IMG/VR virus record: IMGVR_UViG_3300039412_000320
Strand: one strand, 5' to 3'
DNA length: 21,355 nt
From: a virus
Below the pieces are notes generated by a model that was not told the DNA's origin, searched no databases, and worked only from the letters and a program-made list of their open reading frames with translations. This document shows positions 1 to 8,420 of the stretch, in pieces. The translations under genes and the position numbers were made by a program. The first letter of the stretch is position 1, and each line of letters starts with the position of its first letter.

Positions 1-188
1 GCCGCTCTGGTCATCACGCAGAGCTTCTCAAAAACACCGATGGTATGGTTGAGGGTCTCGAAAAGTGTGGCATTAACCACGGGAATTGCTACGGTCATCG
101 GCTTCATAGGAGTAGCGACCGCCCCCGTGGCAAGAGATTTCTCTTTTACAACGCCCTCCGGGGCAAGGTCCGTATTCAGTGATTTCAT
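1..188 (-). CDS. Hypothetical protein, 3'-partial (MKSLNTDLAPEGVVKEK...)
   Basis: ATG at 188 preceded by AAGGAG. The frame is open to the window edge. Not in the ORF track. Confidence 0.65.
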   Translation of the reverse strand, partial: MKSLNTDLAPEGVVKEKSLATGAVATPMKPMTVAIPVVNATLFETLNHTIGVFEKLCVMTRA

Positions 189-190
189 GA

Positions 191-607
191 CTACTCCTTT
201 ACGAGGGAGATAAGTTGTTCAACTACCCTCTGCATACCATTCGTGATGTTGGTCTGATTCGTGGCGAGGGCGGTCTGCTGGTCGAATATCCCCCGTAGCA
301 ATCTGAACTGCTCGGTATGAACTTCGGTCTGATGCTTAGCTTGCTCCATGAACTGCTGGACGCTAGCATTGAGGTCTTTAATGTCTCTCGTCTGGTCCGT
401 AATCGTTTTGGAAACCGCAGCGAAAGCATCTTTGAAATCCTTGACCTCTTTGGCGTGAAGCTGCAAGTCGGAATGGCTGGCCTTGATGGTGTCAATCAAG
501 TCCTGTCCTTGTTTCTCCAACTTATTTAACCACCCCCGACCCTTCCAGATGAGAACTACGATAACCGGCCAATGGAGGTTCTTGACTAGGGTTAGGAGCC
601 AATCCAA
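191..607 (-). CDS. Single-TM plus coiled-coil membrane protein (holin-like possible); start uncertain
   Basis: Hydrophobic LHWPVIVVLIW followed by a long amphipathic helix. The frame is open upstream of the TTG to an ACG at 646 with a GAAGGA RBS. Confidence 0.65.
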   Translation of the reverse strand: MDWLLTLVKNLHWPVIVVLIWKGRGWLNKLEKQGQDLIDTIKASHSDLQLHAKEVKDFKDAFAAVSKTITDQTRDIKDLNASVQQFMEQAKHQTEVHTEQFRLLRGIFDQQTALATNQTNITNGMQRVVEQLISLVKE

Positions 608-706
608 CGGGCTTAACTGAGCGGCGGGTGGGTCGATAAAAAACGTAGTAGTCCTTCAACGCACAGAGTGAGTTCATATATGGTTTGGGTAGTGGTGTGT
701 TTCCAC

Positions 707-3700
707 TTATCTCCTGCCCCGGCCCCCCATACGGGCATTTCCTCGCACGTTAAAGGGGTTTCTAACCACTGAAGTTCCGGGGGACATCATCAATGAACTC
801 TGTAACTTACGCATTCTTTCTATGACCTTGATTTCCGTCATAGACACACTATCGAGGTTCATAATAGGAACAGGGGTTTTCATCAACTGTTCCTGCATTG
901 CCAGACTGGTGCCTCCGGGGTCCTGTCGCAGCCCACCTTCTTCCATCAACCACTTCTGGGCTACCCAAGCGACCTCTTCCACGGCATCGCACATGTCATC
1001 CGTGGCTCCCTTCTCCTCGGGGGCCTGCACTCGAATCTGGTACTTGCCGACGTACTCTGCTTCTACCAGCCGGATTTCATCCATGAACTTGGGCACATAG
1101 GGGAACCGGCACCGCTTGTTATCCATGTAGCCTTTTAAGCTGAACGCCATCTGGCTATTGATAACCGTGGTGAGGTTGATAAGCTCCACGTTGTAGATTT
1201 GGTTTATCTCCAGCAATTGGACGAGTTGCTGACCGCCATGCTGGTCAGTGACTCCCCGGTAGCAGGGCATCACCCGGTTGAGCGCCCGGAGCCATAGGAG
1301 GATGTCCTCCAAGGGCAGGGCTTGATACTTGACATATTTCTCAATTCCGGGGAGCATCTCCACGCCGGGACCCTCGAATTTCTCCCCCACCATCATCCGG
1401 TCGATGTAGTCATAGACGAGGGTGATGGGGTTCTTGCCGCCCGTGTGCTCCAAATGACCGATGGCGACGGCTGTTGCATTTTTCATCATGCCAAGGTCAA
1501 CTCCCCAGAAATATTGTCTGCCCACGCAGGAAGGGTGGAACCGAACGAGGTTCAGCCGGGCGGTGCTGGGGATGGGCTTGGGGAATTGTTCATCCGTGTA
1601 TTGTACATCCGTACAAACCCGAATCTGGGCCTCAGTGACGTAGGTTTCGGAGGAGTCCAAGAACTGCCCGCCATACTCCGCCTTGAAGGTCAGGGAGTTG
1701 GTCTCGTACTCGTCGTGCAGGAACTTAGATAGAATCTCGGGGTTCATCTCAGCGGTGGAAACCCGCATGGTGAAGATGTTGGAATCTTTGCCCTTCTCCA
1801 GAGCTAACTTGTGTAGTTCGTACATCTTACCAACACGAGTCATGGGAGAAGAGATACTGAGAACGAGCGAGTCCTGAAACTCCCGGTACTCCTCGGGAGG
1901 GAGCAACTGCATGGTCTTTTTGCTTATCCACTCGCCAGTGGGAAGCTCGGCGTGGTGGAAGTTCGCCGTGGAGGGCTTAGCGGCTCCGTAGACCTCATCC
2001 GAGGTGGAACCTATTTCCGACCGGAAGTGAGCAAACTCGTCCAAGGCCAGAAACACGTTGGAAGGCGACCTAGTTGCATTAGTAGTACACGGCCTAGATT
2101 CTACTATTATTGTAGGAGTAACCTCGGGCTTACCCCGGTCCGATTCCGTCACGAACTTCAAAACACTCCCGCTGCTGCTCTTGAGGTAGGGTCCAAAAAA
2201 CGGTGCTCGGTTGACGCCTTCCCGCAGCTTGTTGTAGAGGCGGTTGGACCCGGAGTCGTCTTGCGCCAAGAAGGTGAAATCAATCGGACTGCCAGGGACG
2301 AGACCAAAGTACTCCTGCGGACTTTTCTGGTTAAGAAGTTGGTATAAACGATAACCTCCAATAGCCGCCACTACTTCGGAATTATGGGTGACATTGAAGT
2401 TTTTTCCAAAAAGATAGAGTCCAGAAGGGTTATTCACGGTGATACAACGCATCTTCATTCTACCTGCTGGTTCTATGTTAACAATATAACGCCACCTTTG
2501 TGTAGATTTTAACTTTTTTGGGAGCCTCACCAACTTTCTGGGTAAGCGAAATACGGGAAGTGTAGCCGTCCATTTTACTATGTAAGCAGTTTTACACCGC
2601 TTGGGACCAGTTTTACTGTTTGTACAAATGGGAGACTTTTCCGACCAACGGGGTTTTATTCCTAAAGAGGCCGCTAAATGGTATACGCCCTCAGAGAGGT
2701 TTCTGTTAGTATTAGAAAACTCACATTGACCATCTATCATGCAAGAGCCGTCTGTATCCATTAAACCTTGAAGAAGACTAAGACGTTGTTTTTCAGATGA
2801 CCAAAGATACTCTTGGGGGATGTGTTTATTGCCATATACCCCTAAACGCCTAAGATGGGGTATCAAACCGTATACTGACCACTCTTTTGGAGAAGTAACA
2901 CTACGTTTAACGATGTACCCGGCTTTCGTAAATTCCCGAAGTATTTCCTCATCCAAACCTGTGATTCTTCCCGATACCTTACCTCCATCACCTAACCATG
3001 CCCCAAAACAATAAGGGTCAAGCGGGAGAATTTTATCGGGAAGACTGATAGATTTTGGTAAAGCTATGGCGTGGTTTACTTGTGGTGATTTGCTTGGATT
3101 ACTCTTTTCCAATAGAGTATTGCGGATTTGCTCTGTAGTCCTGACATTGCCTATAATGGGGGAAGAAATGCGGGGCATACGAAGTTGATGTCCCCTGATG
3201 AAATCAAATACATGCCCCTTCTTTATACCTTGCTTAATGTAGTTACGATTTGAGATGGGAGCATTTTGATTACATCCACATCTACACTTTCCCTTTAGTA
3301 TATCAGGCATCGCTTTCGGAGGAAGTCTTCTAAGAAGGTTCTTCCTCTCTTTTCTTGTAAATGTAGTCCATAAGTGCCCTCCATGAGCATATGTAAAAGT
3401 ACCGTCATCGAAAGTAACTTTGAATGCTTCTTCCTCGACTATTGGATGAGCAATAACTATTTTATGAGGAAAACCATCCTCCCCTAAAACCTCATCTCCA
3501 GCCTTAAGGTCCCCATTATGTATAAACCCTGTAGGGGTTGGGATAAGTTCTTCAACAGAAAGCAGTTTCCCACCACGTCTTCCGGCGATGATGCAGGCTT
3601 CGTTGTATCCCCGCTCGGGGATGTCCCGCCAATCTCCAATATTACAATTATGTGTGACGTTGAAGTTTTTACCGAATAAAAACAACCCAGAGGGGTGCTT

Positions 3701-5029
3701 TACTGAAATACAACGCACCGTGGTTTTGCCAACGGGGGCAATGTTTGTAACATAACGAAAGTGCCTTTTTGACTTTGGTTTATCGTCAGTCAACAAGGCC
3801 AACTTTCGGCTAAGTCTAAACACTGACAGGGGAGATGTCCATCGCACCCGATATTGCCGCTTTTTTTGGTCATGGATGGAACGTCTCAAAGCCGGTGGAA
3901 GTTTTTCTTTCCATCCCGGTTTGAGACCCAAAGAGGCGGCTAAGACATAAACTCCCTCCGAGAGGTTTCTATTTGCATTAGAAAATTCAACTTGTCCACG
4001 CTTTGAAGAACCCCCATCGGAATCCAATAACCCCTGTAAAAGAGCTAATCTCTGACTGGCCGAAGCCCAAAGGTACATGTCAGGTATATGTTTATTGCCA
4101 ATTAAATTCAAAGAACACATAATGTCCAATAAAGGGTTGTTTTCACGGGATGATAAATCCCCACCCCGTTTTCCTGTAGTGATGTAATAAACGGGGGCAG
4201 ATTTTTCAATGCCCGCAGGGGACACTTGTAGTCCAAGCTGTTTGGCATATTGATATAGATATTCTACCGTTTCATTATCCGAAGTAGTTATTCCGGGTCT
4301 AAGCGCAATTCCATCCCCTAACCACAATCCTAAAAAGTAGGGGTCTATTGGAAGTTTTTGAGCGGGCATCTCAACGACATTAGACAACTTTACTGCGTGG
4401 TTAGAAAAGGTAAATTTACCATATTTCTTTTTTAAAGAAGACATCAATTCCTTGGTAGTCTTGAGGGAGAAGGAACGATAATATATTGGTCTATTCTTAG
4501 AACCATACAAATATCGAGTGTGCTTTTCTCGAAAAGATGAGGTTTCCCATAAGTGTTCCCCGTGCGCCAATACGGAGGTGTTGTCATCAAATGATACCTT
4601 ATAGGTATCATCTATAAATGGTTCTTGTGCCCAAATTACCTCTGTGGGTGAACCATCTTGAGAAAAAACTATGTCTCCAACCTTCAAATCCCCCATTTTC
4701 ACAAACCCGTTTGGAGTAGGTATAAGCTCATTAACCTCCAGTGCTCTGCCCTCTTCATGGAGAATGTGGAGGCATTCCTCTTCGGACACGATGCGGAGGA
4801 GCTTCTCCCGGAACACATCAAACATGGGGACGGGTTTGGGCTTGTAGTCGAAGGGAACGGCGAATATCGCCTTGACAATCATCCTCTGAATGGGGAACAA
4901 CTCCACATTGAATCCCTGTATGGACTCAATAAAGTCTATGGCGTTAAGCAGTTGGGGAGCATTCGCTATCTGCTCCTGCACCAGCTTACCAATCATCCCG
5001 CCTTTTTTGAAACGACTGCCTCCAGCCAT
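707..5029 (-). CDS. terL: Terminase large subunit precursor (1440 aa) containing two inteins; about 679 aa after splicing
   Basis: Walker A GRRGGK|S is split by intein 2. Also Walker B FLALDEFAHF, coupling motif SISSP, F.AEYGGQF, RNase H-like nuclease WGVDLG and C-terminal TDDMCDA. The start is taken as ATG 5029 (AGGAG RBS), not 5353, which would overlap the opposite-strand gene. Confidence 0.93.
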   Translation of the reverse strand: MAGGSRFKKGGMIGKLVQEQIANAPQLLNAIDFIESIQGFNVELFPIQRMIVKAIFAVPFDYKPKPVPMFDVFREKLLRIVSEEECLHILHEEGRALEVNELIPTPNGFVKMGDLKVGDIVFSQDGSPTEVIWAQEPFIDDTYKVSFDDNTSVLAHGEHLWETSSFREKHTRYLYGSKNRPIYYRSFSLKTTKELMSSLKKKYGKFTFSNHAVKLSNVVEMPAQKLPIDPYFLGLWLGDGIALRPGITTSDNETVEYLYQYAKQLGLQVSPAGIEKSAPVYYITTGKRGGDLSSRENNPLLDIMCSLNLIGNKHIPDMYLWASASQRLALLQGLLDSDGGSSKRGQVEFSNANRNLSEGVYVLAASLGLKPGWKEKLPPALRRSIHDQKKRQYRVRWTSPLSVFRLSRKLALLTDDKPKSKRHFRYVTNIAPVGKTTVRCISVKHPSGLFLFGKNFNVTHNCNIGDWRDIPERGYNEACIIAGRRGGKLLSVEELIPTPTGFIHNGDLKAGDEVLGEDGFPHKIVIAHPIVEEEAFKVTFDDGTFTYAHGGHLWTTFTRKERKNLLRRLPPKAMPDILKGKCRCGCNQNAPISNRNYIKQGIKKGHVFDFIRGHQLRMPRISSPIIGNVRTTEQIRNTLLEKSNPSKSPQVNHAIALPKSISLPDKILPLDPYCFGAWLGDGGKVSGRITGLDEEILREFTKAGYIVKRSVTSPKEWSVYGLIPHLRRLGVYGNKHIPQEYLWSSEKQRLSLLQGLMDTDGSCMIDGQCEFSNTNRNLSEGVYHLAASLGIKPRWSEKSPICTNSKTGPKRCKTAYIVKWTATLPVFRLPRKLVRLPKKLKSTQRWRYIVNIEPAGRMKMRCITVNNPSGLYLFGKNFNVTHNSEVVAAIGGYRLYQLLNQKSPQEYFGLVPGSPIDFTFLAQDDSGSNRLYNKLREGVNRAPFFGPYLKSSSGSVLKFVTESDRGKPEVTPTIIVESRPCTTNATRSPSNVFLALDEFAHFRSEIGSTSDEVYGAAKPSTANFHHAELPTGEWISKKTMQLLPPEEYREFQDSLVLSISSPMTRVGKMYELHKLALEKGKDSNIFTMRVSTAEMNPEILSKFLHDEYETNSLTFKAEYGGQFLDSSETYVTEAQIRVCTDVQYTDEQFPKPIPSTARLNLVRFHPSCVGRQYFWGVDLGMMKNATAVAIGHLEHTGGKNPITLVYDYIDRMMVGEKFEGPGVEMLPGIEKYVKYQALPLEDILLWLRALNRVMPCYRGVTDQHGGQQLVQLLEINQIYNVELINLTTVINSQMAFSLKGYMDNKRCRFPYVPKFMDEIRLVEAEYVGKYQIRVQAPEEKGATDDMCDAVEEVAWVAQKWLMEEGGLRQDPGGTSLAMQEQLMKTPVPIMNLDSVSMTEIKVIERMRKLQSSLMMSPGTSVVRNPFNVRGNARMGGRGRR
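2381..3565 (-). mobile_element. Intein 2 (395 aa), class 3, Leu1, with LAGLIDADG endonuclease; inserted in Walker A; +1 residue Ser
   Basis: Begins LLSVEELIPTPTG directly after GRRGGK. Block B HGGHLW, YCFGAWLGDG, LLQGLMDTDG, block F MRCITV, ends VTHN|S. Confidence 0.92.
3647..4744 (-). mobile_element. Intein 1 (366 aa), class 3, Ala1, with LAGLIDADG endonuclease; +1 residue Cys
   Basis: Begins ALEVNELIPTPNG. Block B HGEHLW, block C YFLGLWLGDG, block E LLQGLLDSDG, block F VRCISV, ends VTHN|C. AT-rich relative to the exteins. Confidence 0.92.
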
Positions 5030-5036
5030 AATTCTC

Positions 5037-5056
5037 CTACATAAGGGTTCCATAGA
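5037..5056 (-). promoter_or_regulatory. Candidate late promoter motif upstream of terL (TCTAT-N7-TTATGTAG)
   Basis: A similar bipartite motif recurs upstream of about 10 minus-strand starts in the window (see findings). Confidence 0.5.
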
Positions 5057-5082
5057 AAAAATTAATGTAACTTTGGTGTATC

Positions 5083-5108
5083 TCGTGGTATACTGAGAGT
5101 GGGAGAAC
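5083..5108 (+). promoter_or_regulatory. Extended -10 promoter plus RBS (TCGTGGTATACTGAGAGTGGGAGAAC)
   Basis: TGn-TATACT extended -10, 25/26 nt identical to 9146-9171, followed by GGAG and ATG 5111. Confidence 0.75.
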
Positions 5109-5110
5109 AC

Positions 5111-5662
5111 ATGACTCAAGGATACATGCTGGCTGACAAAAACTACGAGCACCGGGTACGTGAGGGAAAGAAACGTGAGTTGGTTATCACCGCCCGGCTG
5201 CGAGCGGCTGGTCATACGGTCAGCGATGTTACCGCCAAAGAAGATATGCACGACAAGATTGATGCCGTCGTGGACGGGCGCAAGGCGCAATACAAGTTCC
5301 GGAAGACCGGGACCGACATCCTGTTCGACTACGCCGAGCCGTTCAGCGGTCATTTCAACCTGCCCGGCACCCGGACCCCCGACCCCGAAACCAAGCTCGG
5401 ACGTGACCTCGTGAGCAAGGCAGAATTATACGTGGTCATGGTCGGTCAGCGGCTCTGGCTGGCGGAGAAGAAAGCTATCGTGGAAGTCATCAACAAGCTG
5501 CTCGTCCTGTGGATTACTGAAAATCGCAAGCTCTCCAATCGTTACAAGCATGAATCTCTGCCCGGCGTAGAACTGAACTGGACCACCGACCACTCCAACG
5601 GTCGGCGTAAGCTCGTGTTCTTCGTTCACCCGCTGGCGGTGGATGCGGTGGAGGTCGCCTAA
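5111..5662 (+). CDS. Hypothetical protein, possible PD-(D/E)XK nuclease fold
   Basis: Pattern G..RE...L...GHTV...D...KIDAVVDG...QYK resembles the E...D...QxK core. GC-rich codons. Alternative in-frame GTG at 5099. Confidence 0.6.
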   Translation: MTQGYMLADKNYEHRVREGKKRELVITARLRAAGHTVSDVTAKEDMHDKIDAVVDGRKAQYKFRKTGTDILFDYAEPFSGHFNLPGTRTPDPETKLGRDLVSKAELYVVMVGQRLWLAEKKAIVEVINKLLVLWITENRKLSNRYKHESLPGVELNWTTDHSNGRRKLVFFVHPLAVDAVEVA

Positions 5663-5675
5663 TTATCATTGTTTT

Positions 5676-6269
5676 CTACGGATTCGTAGGATGAATGAAA
5701 ATAGGTTTGGGTTTGTTTTTCCAAAAATTACGAAGACATTTTCCAACCTCTACCCATTCCTCATAGGAAAATTGCCGCCCCTTTCCAAAATTACAACGGG
5801 AACAGGATACTACCACATTATCTTTGGAGTATCCCTTATTATTATCTTTCCTATCAAGGTTATAGGAGAATCCGTTTTTGTTTGCATTATACATTGCCCA
5901 GTGTATCGGAGAGCCGCAATAATGGCACTCTGTTATGGTAGTAAACCCCACAAACTCCTCATAAGTTATCTCAAGCCTCAATCGGGCTAGCTGCCGAGAA
6001 CATATTTTGACAAGATTATTGTATATGGATTCATAGGGCCTTTTACGGGAAAGAGCCGCTATCCGCTCACTATTGAAACAACCACAACTTTTAGTGTTTC
6101 CCGACCTTAACTTACTGACACCAGTAATCGGGATAACTTTACCACAATCGCACTCGCATTCCCATACTATGGGGTATCTCGAAAGAAGTCGCTTGACCGT
6201 TAACCTTTCAAACTTTTGCCCAATAATATCTTCCATTACCCTGCCTGAACCTCTTCCACCCATTGTCAT
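5676..6269 (-). CDS. Free-standing HNH-type homing endonuclease
   Basis: N-terminal GQKFERLTV...WECECDCG...LRSGNTKSCGC module and C-terminal CHYCG...LDRKDNNKGYSKDNVVVSCSRCN. AGGAGG RBS. AT-rich. Confidence 0.85.
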   Translation of the reverse strand: MTMGGRGSGRVMEDIIGQKFERLTVKRLLSRYPIVWECECDCGKVIPITGVSKLRSGNTKSCGCFNSERIAALSRKRPYESIYNNLVKICSRQLARLRLEITYEEFVGFTTITECHYCGSPIHWAMYNANKNGFSYNLDRKDNNKGYSKDNVVVSCSRCNFGKGRQFSYEEWVEVGKCLRNFWKNKPKPIFIHPTNP

Positions 6270-6342
6270 TTCCTCCTACTAATGGGATGGATAATTGATT
6301 TACCTGTTAGGATAAAAAATATCGAGAGACTTTTCTATTTTT

Positions 6343-6366
6343 GTGGTATACTATAAGTGGAGGGAG
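6343..6366 (+). promoter_or_regulatory. Extended -10 promoter plus RBS (GTGGTATACTATAAGTGGAGGGAG)
   Basis: Third copy of GTGGTATACT-N4-GTGG, upstream of the ligase operon. Confidence 0.65.
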
Positions 6367-6719
6367 TCTTGGAAACCCAATCACAACGGATAACGGTTAA
6401 GCCAGTAGGAAAACGCAACGTTGGACAGCCTTATTGTGCCCTATGTGGACATGTTCAAAAAACCAATGAGGTTGTATGTCCCAATGGCTGCTTTTGGAAT
6501 CTAATGGGTTGGGTAGGATATCGAGGCACAAGTGGTTCCATTATATTCACCGACCATCGTGCTCTCTCACTCGCCAAGATGCACCGTTGGGACCCGGTTA
6601 AGAAATGCCGGTCCGCCAAGTCCTTCCCGAAGATTGTCGCTGCCGCCAGTGCTCTTGGGTGGTCGGGAAACACTTCTAGTCCTTCGCAGCCGACTTTTAT
6701 TGATATGAAGGCATTCTGA
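6357..6719 (+). CDS. Hypothetical protein with Zn-ribbon-like motif
   Basis: CALC...CPNGC. Follows the promoter. Start is GTG 6357 or TTG 6369. Confidence 0.6.
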   Translation: MEGVLETQSQRITVKPVGKRNVGQPYCALCGHVQKTNEVVCPNGCFWNLMGWVGYRGTSGSIIFTDHRALSLAKMHRWDPVKKCRSAKSFPKIVAAASALGWSGNTSSPSQPTFIDMKAF

Positions 6720-6749
6720 GGTTCGTAAGAAGATTGAAGCGAGGCACTA

Positions 6750-7859
6750 ATGGTTCTACCGATGCTCTTTAAGAAAACCAGCACTGGAGCCATCCAGTTT
6801 TGGGAAATATGGGTGGAGGGAAGCTCCATCATCACCCGCTACGGGCAGGTAGGCACCGAGAATCCGCAGACCACCACCGACACCATCACCAAAGGCAAGA
6901 ACGCCGGGCGGGCAAACGCCACGACCTCCAGCCAGCAGGCGGAGCTTGAGGCGGAAGCCAAGTGGCGGAAACAGCTTAAGAAGGGCTACGTGAAGAGCGA
7001 AGCCGACGCCCAAAATGACGTGTTGGATGAAGTCATCGAAGGCGGCATCAATCCCATGCTCGCCCACAAGTACACCGAGCACGGTCACAAAATCAAGTTC
7101 CCCTGCTTGGGTCAGCCCAAACTGGACGGTATCCGCTGCACCATTCTGAAAGAGGGCGACAGCGTTACCATGTGGACCCGGACGAGGAAACCCATCCGGT
7201 CCATGCCCCACATTATCGCCGCCGTGCGCAAGCAATTTTCCGGCGATGTCAATCTGGACGGCGAGCTTTACAACCACGACTACAAGGACGACTTTGAGAA
7301 CATCGTAGAACTGGTCCGCCCGGACGAGCCAGTTGCCGGGCACGAGGTTGTCCAATATCATATCTACGACAAGCCGGGCAAGGGCAACAACTTGGAACGG
7401 GACTTCTGGCTTAAGAACCACATCCCCGCCGACAGCACGACCCTCATCAAGGTCATGACGTTCGTCATCGAAAGCGCTGCCGACGTGGATATGTGGCACG
7501 ACAGGATGGTGGAGCTAGGCTACGAAGGTCTTATGCTCCGCAACATGGACGGCGAATACGTCAACAAGCGGTCATATGACCTGCTCAAGTACAAGCATTT
7601 CGAGACGGATGAATTCCCAATTACCGGCATCGAAGAGGGCCGGGGCCGCTTGATGGGGCACGTCGGCAAATTCCTGTGCGTGACCAAAGACGGCTTGCCT
7701 TTCAAGGCGAAGCTCAAAGGCAGTCTTAAAAATCTCAAGAAACTCTACGAGCATCACGAACTATGGAAGGGCAAGATACTGACCGTACAATACCAGAACT
7801 GGACGCAGGATAAGCGTCCCCGGTTCCCGGTCGGTATTGCCATCAGGGATTACGAATGA
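6750..7859 (+). CDS. lig: ATP-dependent DNA ligase with N-terminal WGR-like domain
   Basis: Motif I QPKLDGIR, III LDGELY, IIIa YHIYD, IV EGLMLR, V LLKYK and C-terminal OB fold PRFP. N-terminal FWEIWVEG...TRYGQVG...KQLKKGY is WGR-like. Confidence 0.93.
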   Translation: MVLPMLFKKTSTGAIQFWEIWVEGSSIITRYGQVGTENPQTTTDTITKGKNAGRANATTSSQQAELEAEAKWRKQLKKGYVKSEADAQNDVLDEVIEGGINPMLAHKYTEHGHKIKFPCLGQPKLDGIRCTILKEGDSVTMWTRTRKPIRSMPHIIAAVRKQFSGDVNLDGELYNHDYKDDFENIVELVRPDEPVAGHEVVQYHIYDKPGKGNNLERDFWLKNHIPADSTTLIKVMTFVIESAADVDMWHDRMVELGYEGLMLRNMDGEYVNKRSYDLLKYKHFETDEFPITGIEEGRGRLMGHVGKFLCVTKDGLPFKAKLKGSLKNLKKLYEHHELWKGKILTVQYQNWTQDKRPRFPVGIAIRDYE

Positions 7860-8203
7860 GCAGCCAATATCCATGCCGGGGAGCGGACGACTGGTGCAGG
7901 GTGAGCCTACCTTGCCCCGAGGGGCGCAAGGGATGCGCCGTCCGCCACATGACGATGACCTGCCCCGTGTGCAAGGTCAGCCGAGCGGAACACCCCGAAG
8001 TTACGCAGGAAGAATGGTTCAAGGGCGTCACTCCCCTCTTGCACGATGTCCTGACCATCGGATGGGAAGGAATCAGACGCAAGCAGATGGAAGAAAAACG
8101 ACTCAAGGAGAAAAGTCATGGGCATGTCAACCGTAGTGCAGGGCTTTCGACCCCCGGACGAAAAGTTCAAGAAGTTCGCCGCCATCTGGCATCAGTGCGC
8201 TGA
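7856..8203 (+). CDS. Small Cys-rich hypothetical protein
   Basis: ATGA overlap with the ligase stop and CP...GC...H...CPVC. The 3' end overlaps the next gene by 86 nt. Confidence 0.55.
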   Translation: MSSQYPCRGADDWCRVSLPCPEGRKGCAVRHMTMTCPVCKVSRAEHPEVTQEEWFKGVTPLLHDVLTIGWEGIRRKQMEEKRLKEKSHGHVNRSAGLSTPGRKVQEVRRHLASVR

Positions 8204-8411
8204 CGCCGGAATAGCTCCGCCCAAGGAAGTGGACAAGTTTTTCGAGGGTGTAGCCCCCGACCCGCAAGGTGTCGAAGTGAGGCTAGCTGAGGGCAAGGAC
8301 GGTTGCCTCAGAGAGTGGAGGCATCCCTCCGGGGACGCTCAAGGCTACGAGGTTGCCTTGAAGAAGCTGCCCAAGGACGTAACCGTCCTGCGCTTCTACA
8401 ACGGATGGTGA
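8118..8411 (+). CDS. Phage hypothetical protein (MGMSTVVQGFRPPDEKF...LRFYNGW)
   Basis: AAGGAG RBS, GC3-rich codons, tightly packed in the operon. Confidence 0.8.
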   Translation: MGMSTVVQGFRPPDEKFKKFAAIWHQCADAGIAPPKEVDKFFEGVAPDPQGVEVRLAEGKDGCLREWRHPSGDAQGYEVALKKLPKDVTVLRFYNGW

Positions 8412-8420
8412 GGAGGCGGT

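Noticed and set aside
5030-5353. 108-aa N-terminal extension of terL in the ORF track
   Set aside because: It overlaps the divergent gene and both promoters. ATG 5029 has a clear RBS.
6756-7499. Long antisense ORFs (also 11946-12701, 13053-13655, 13229-13858, 8738-9325)
   Set aside because: They lie opposite well-supported genes, lack RBS or motifs, and are expected from codon bias.
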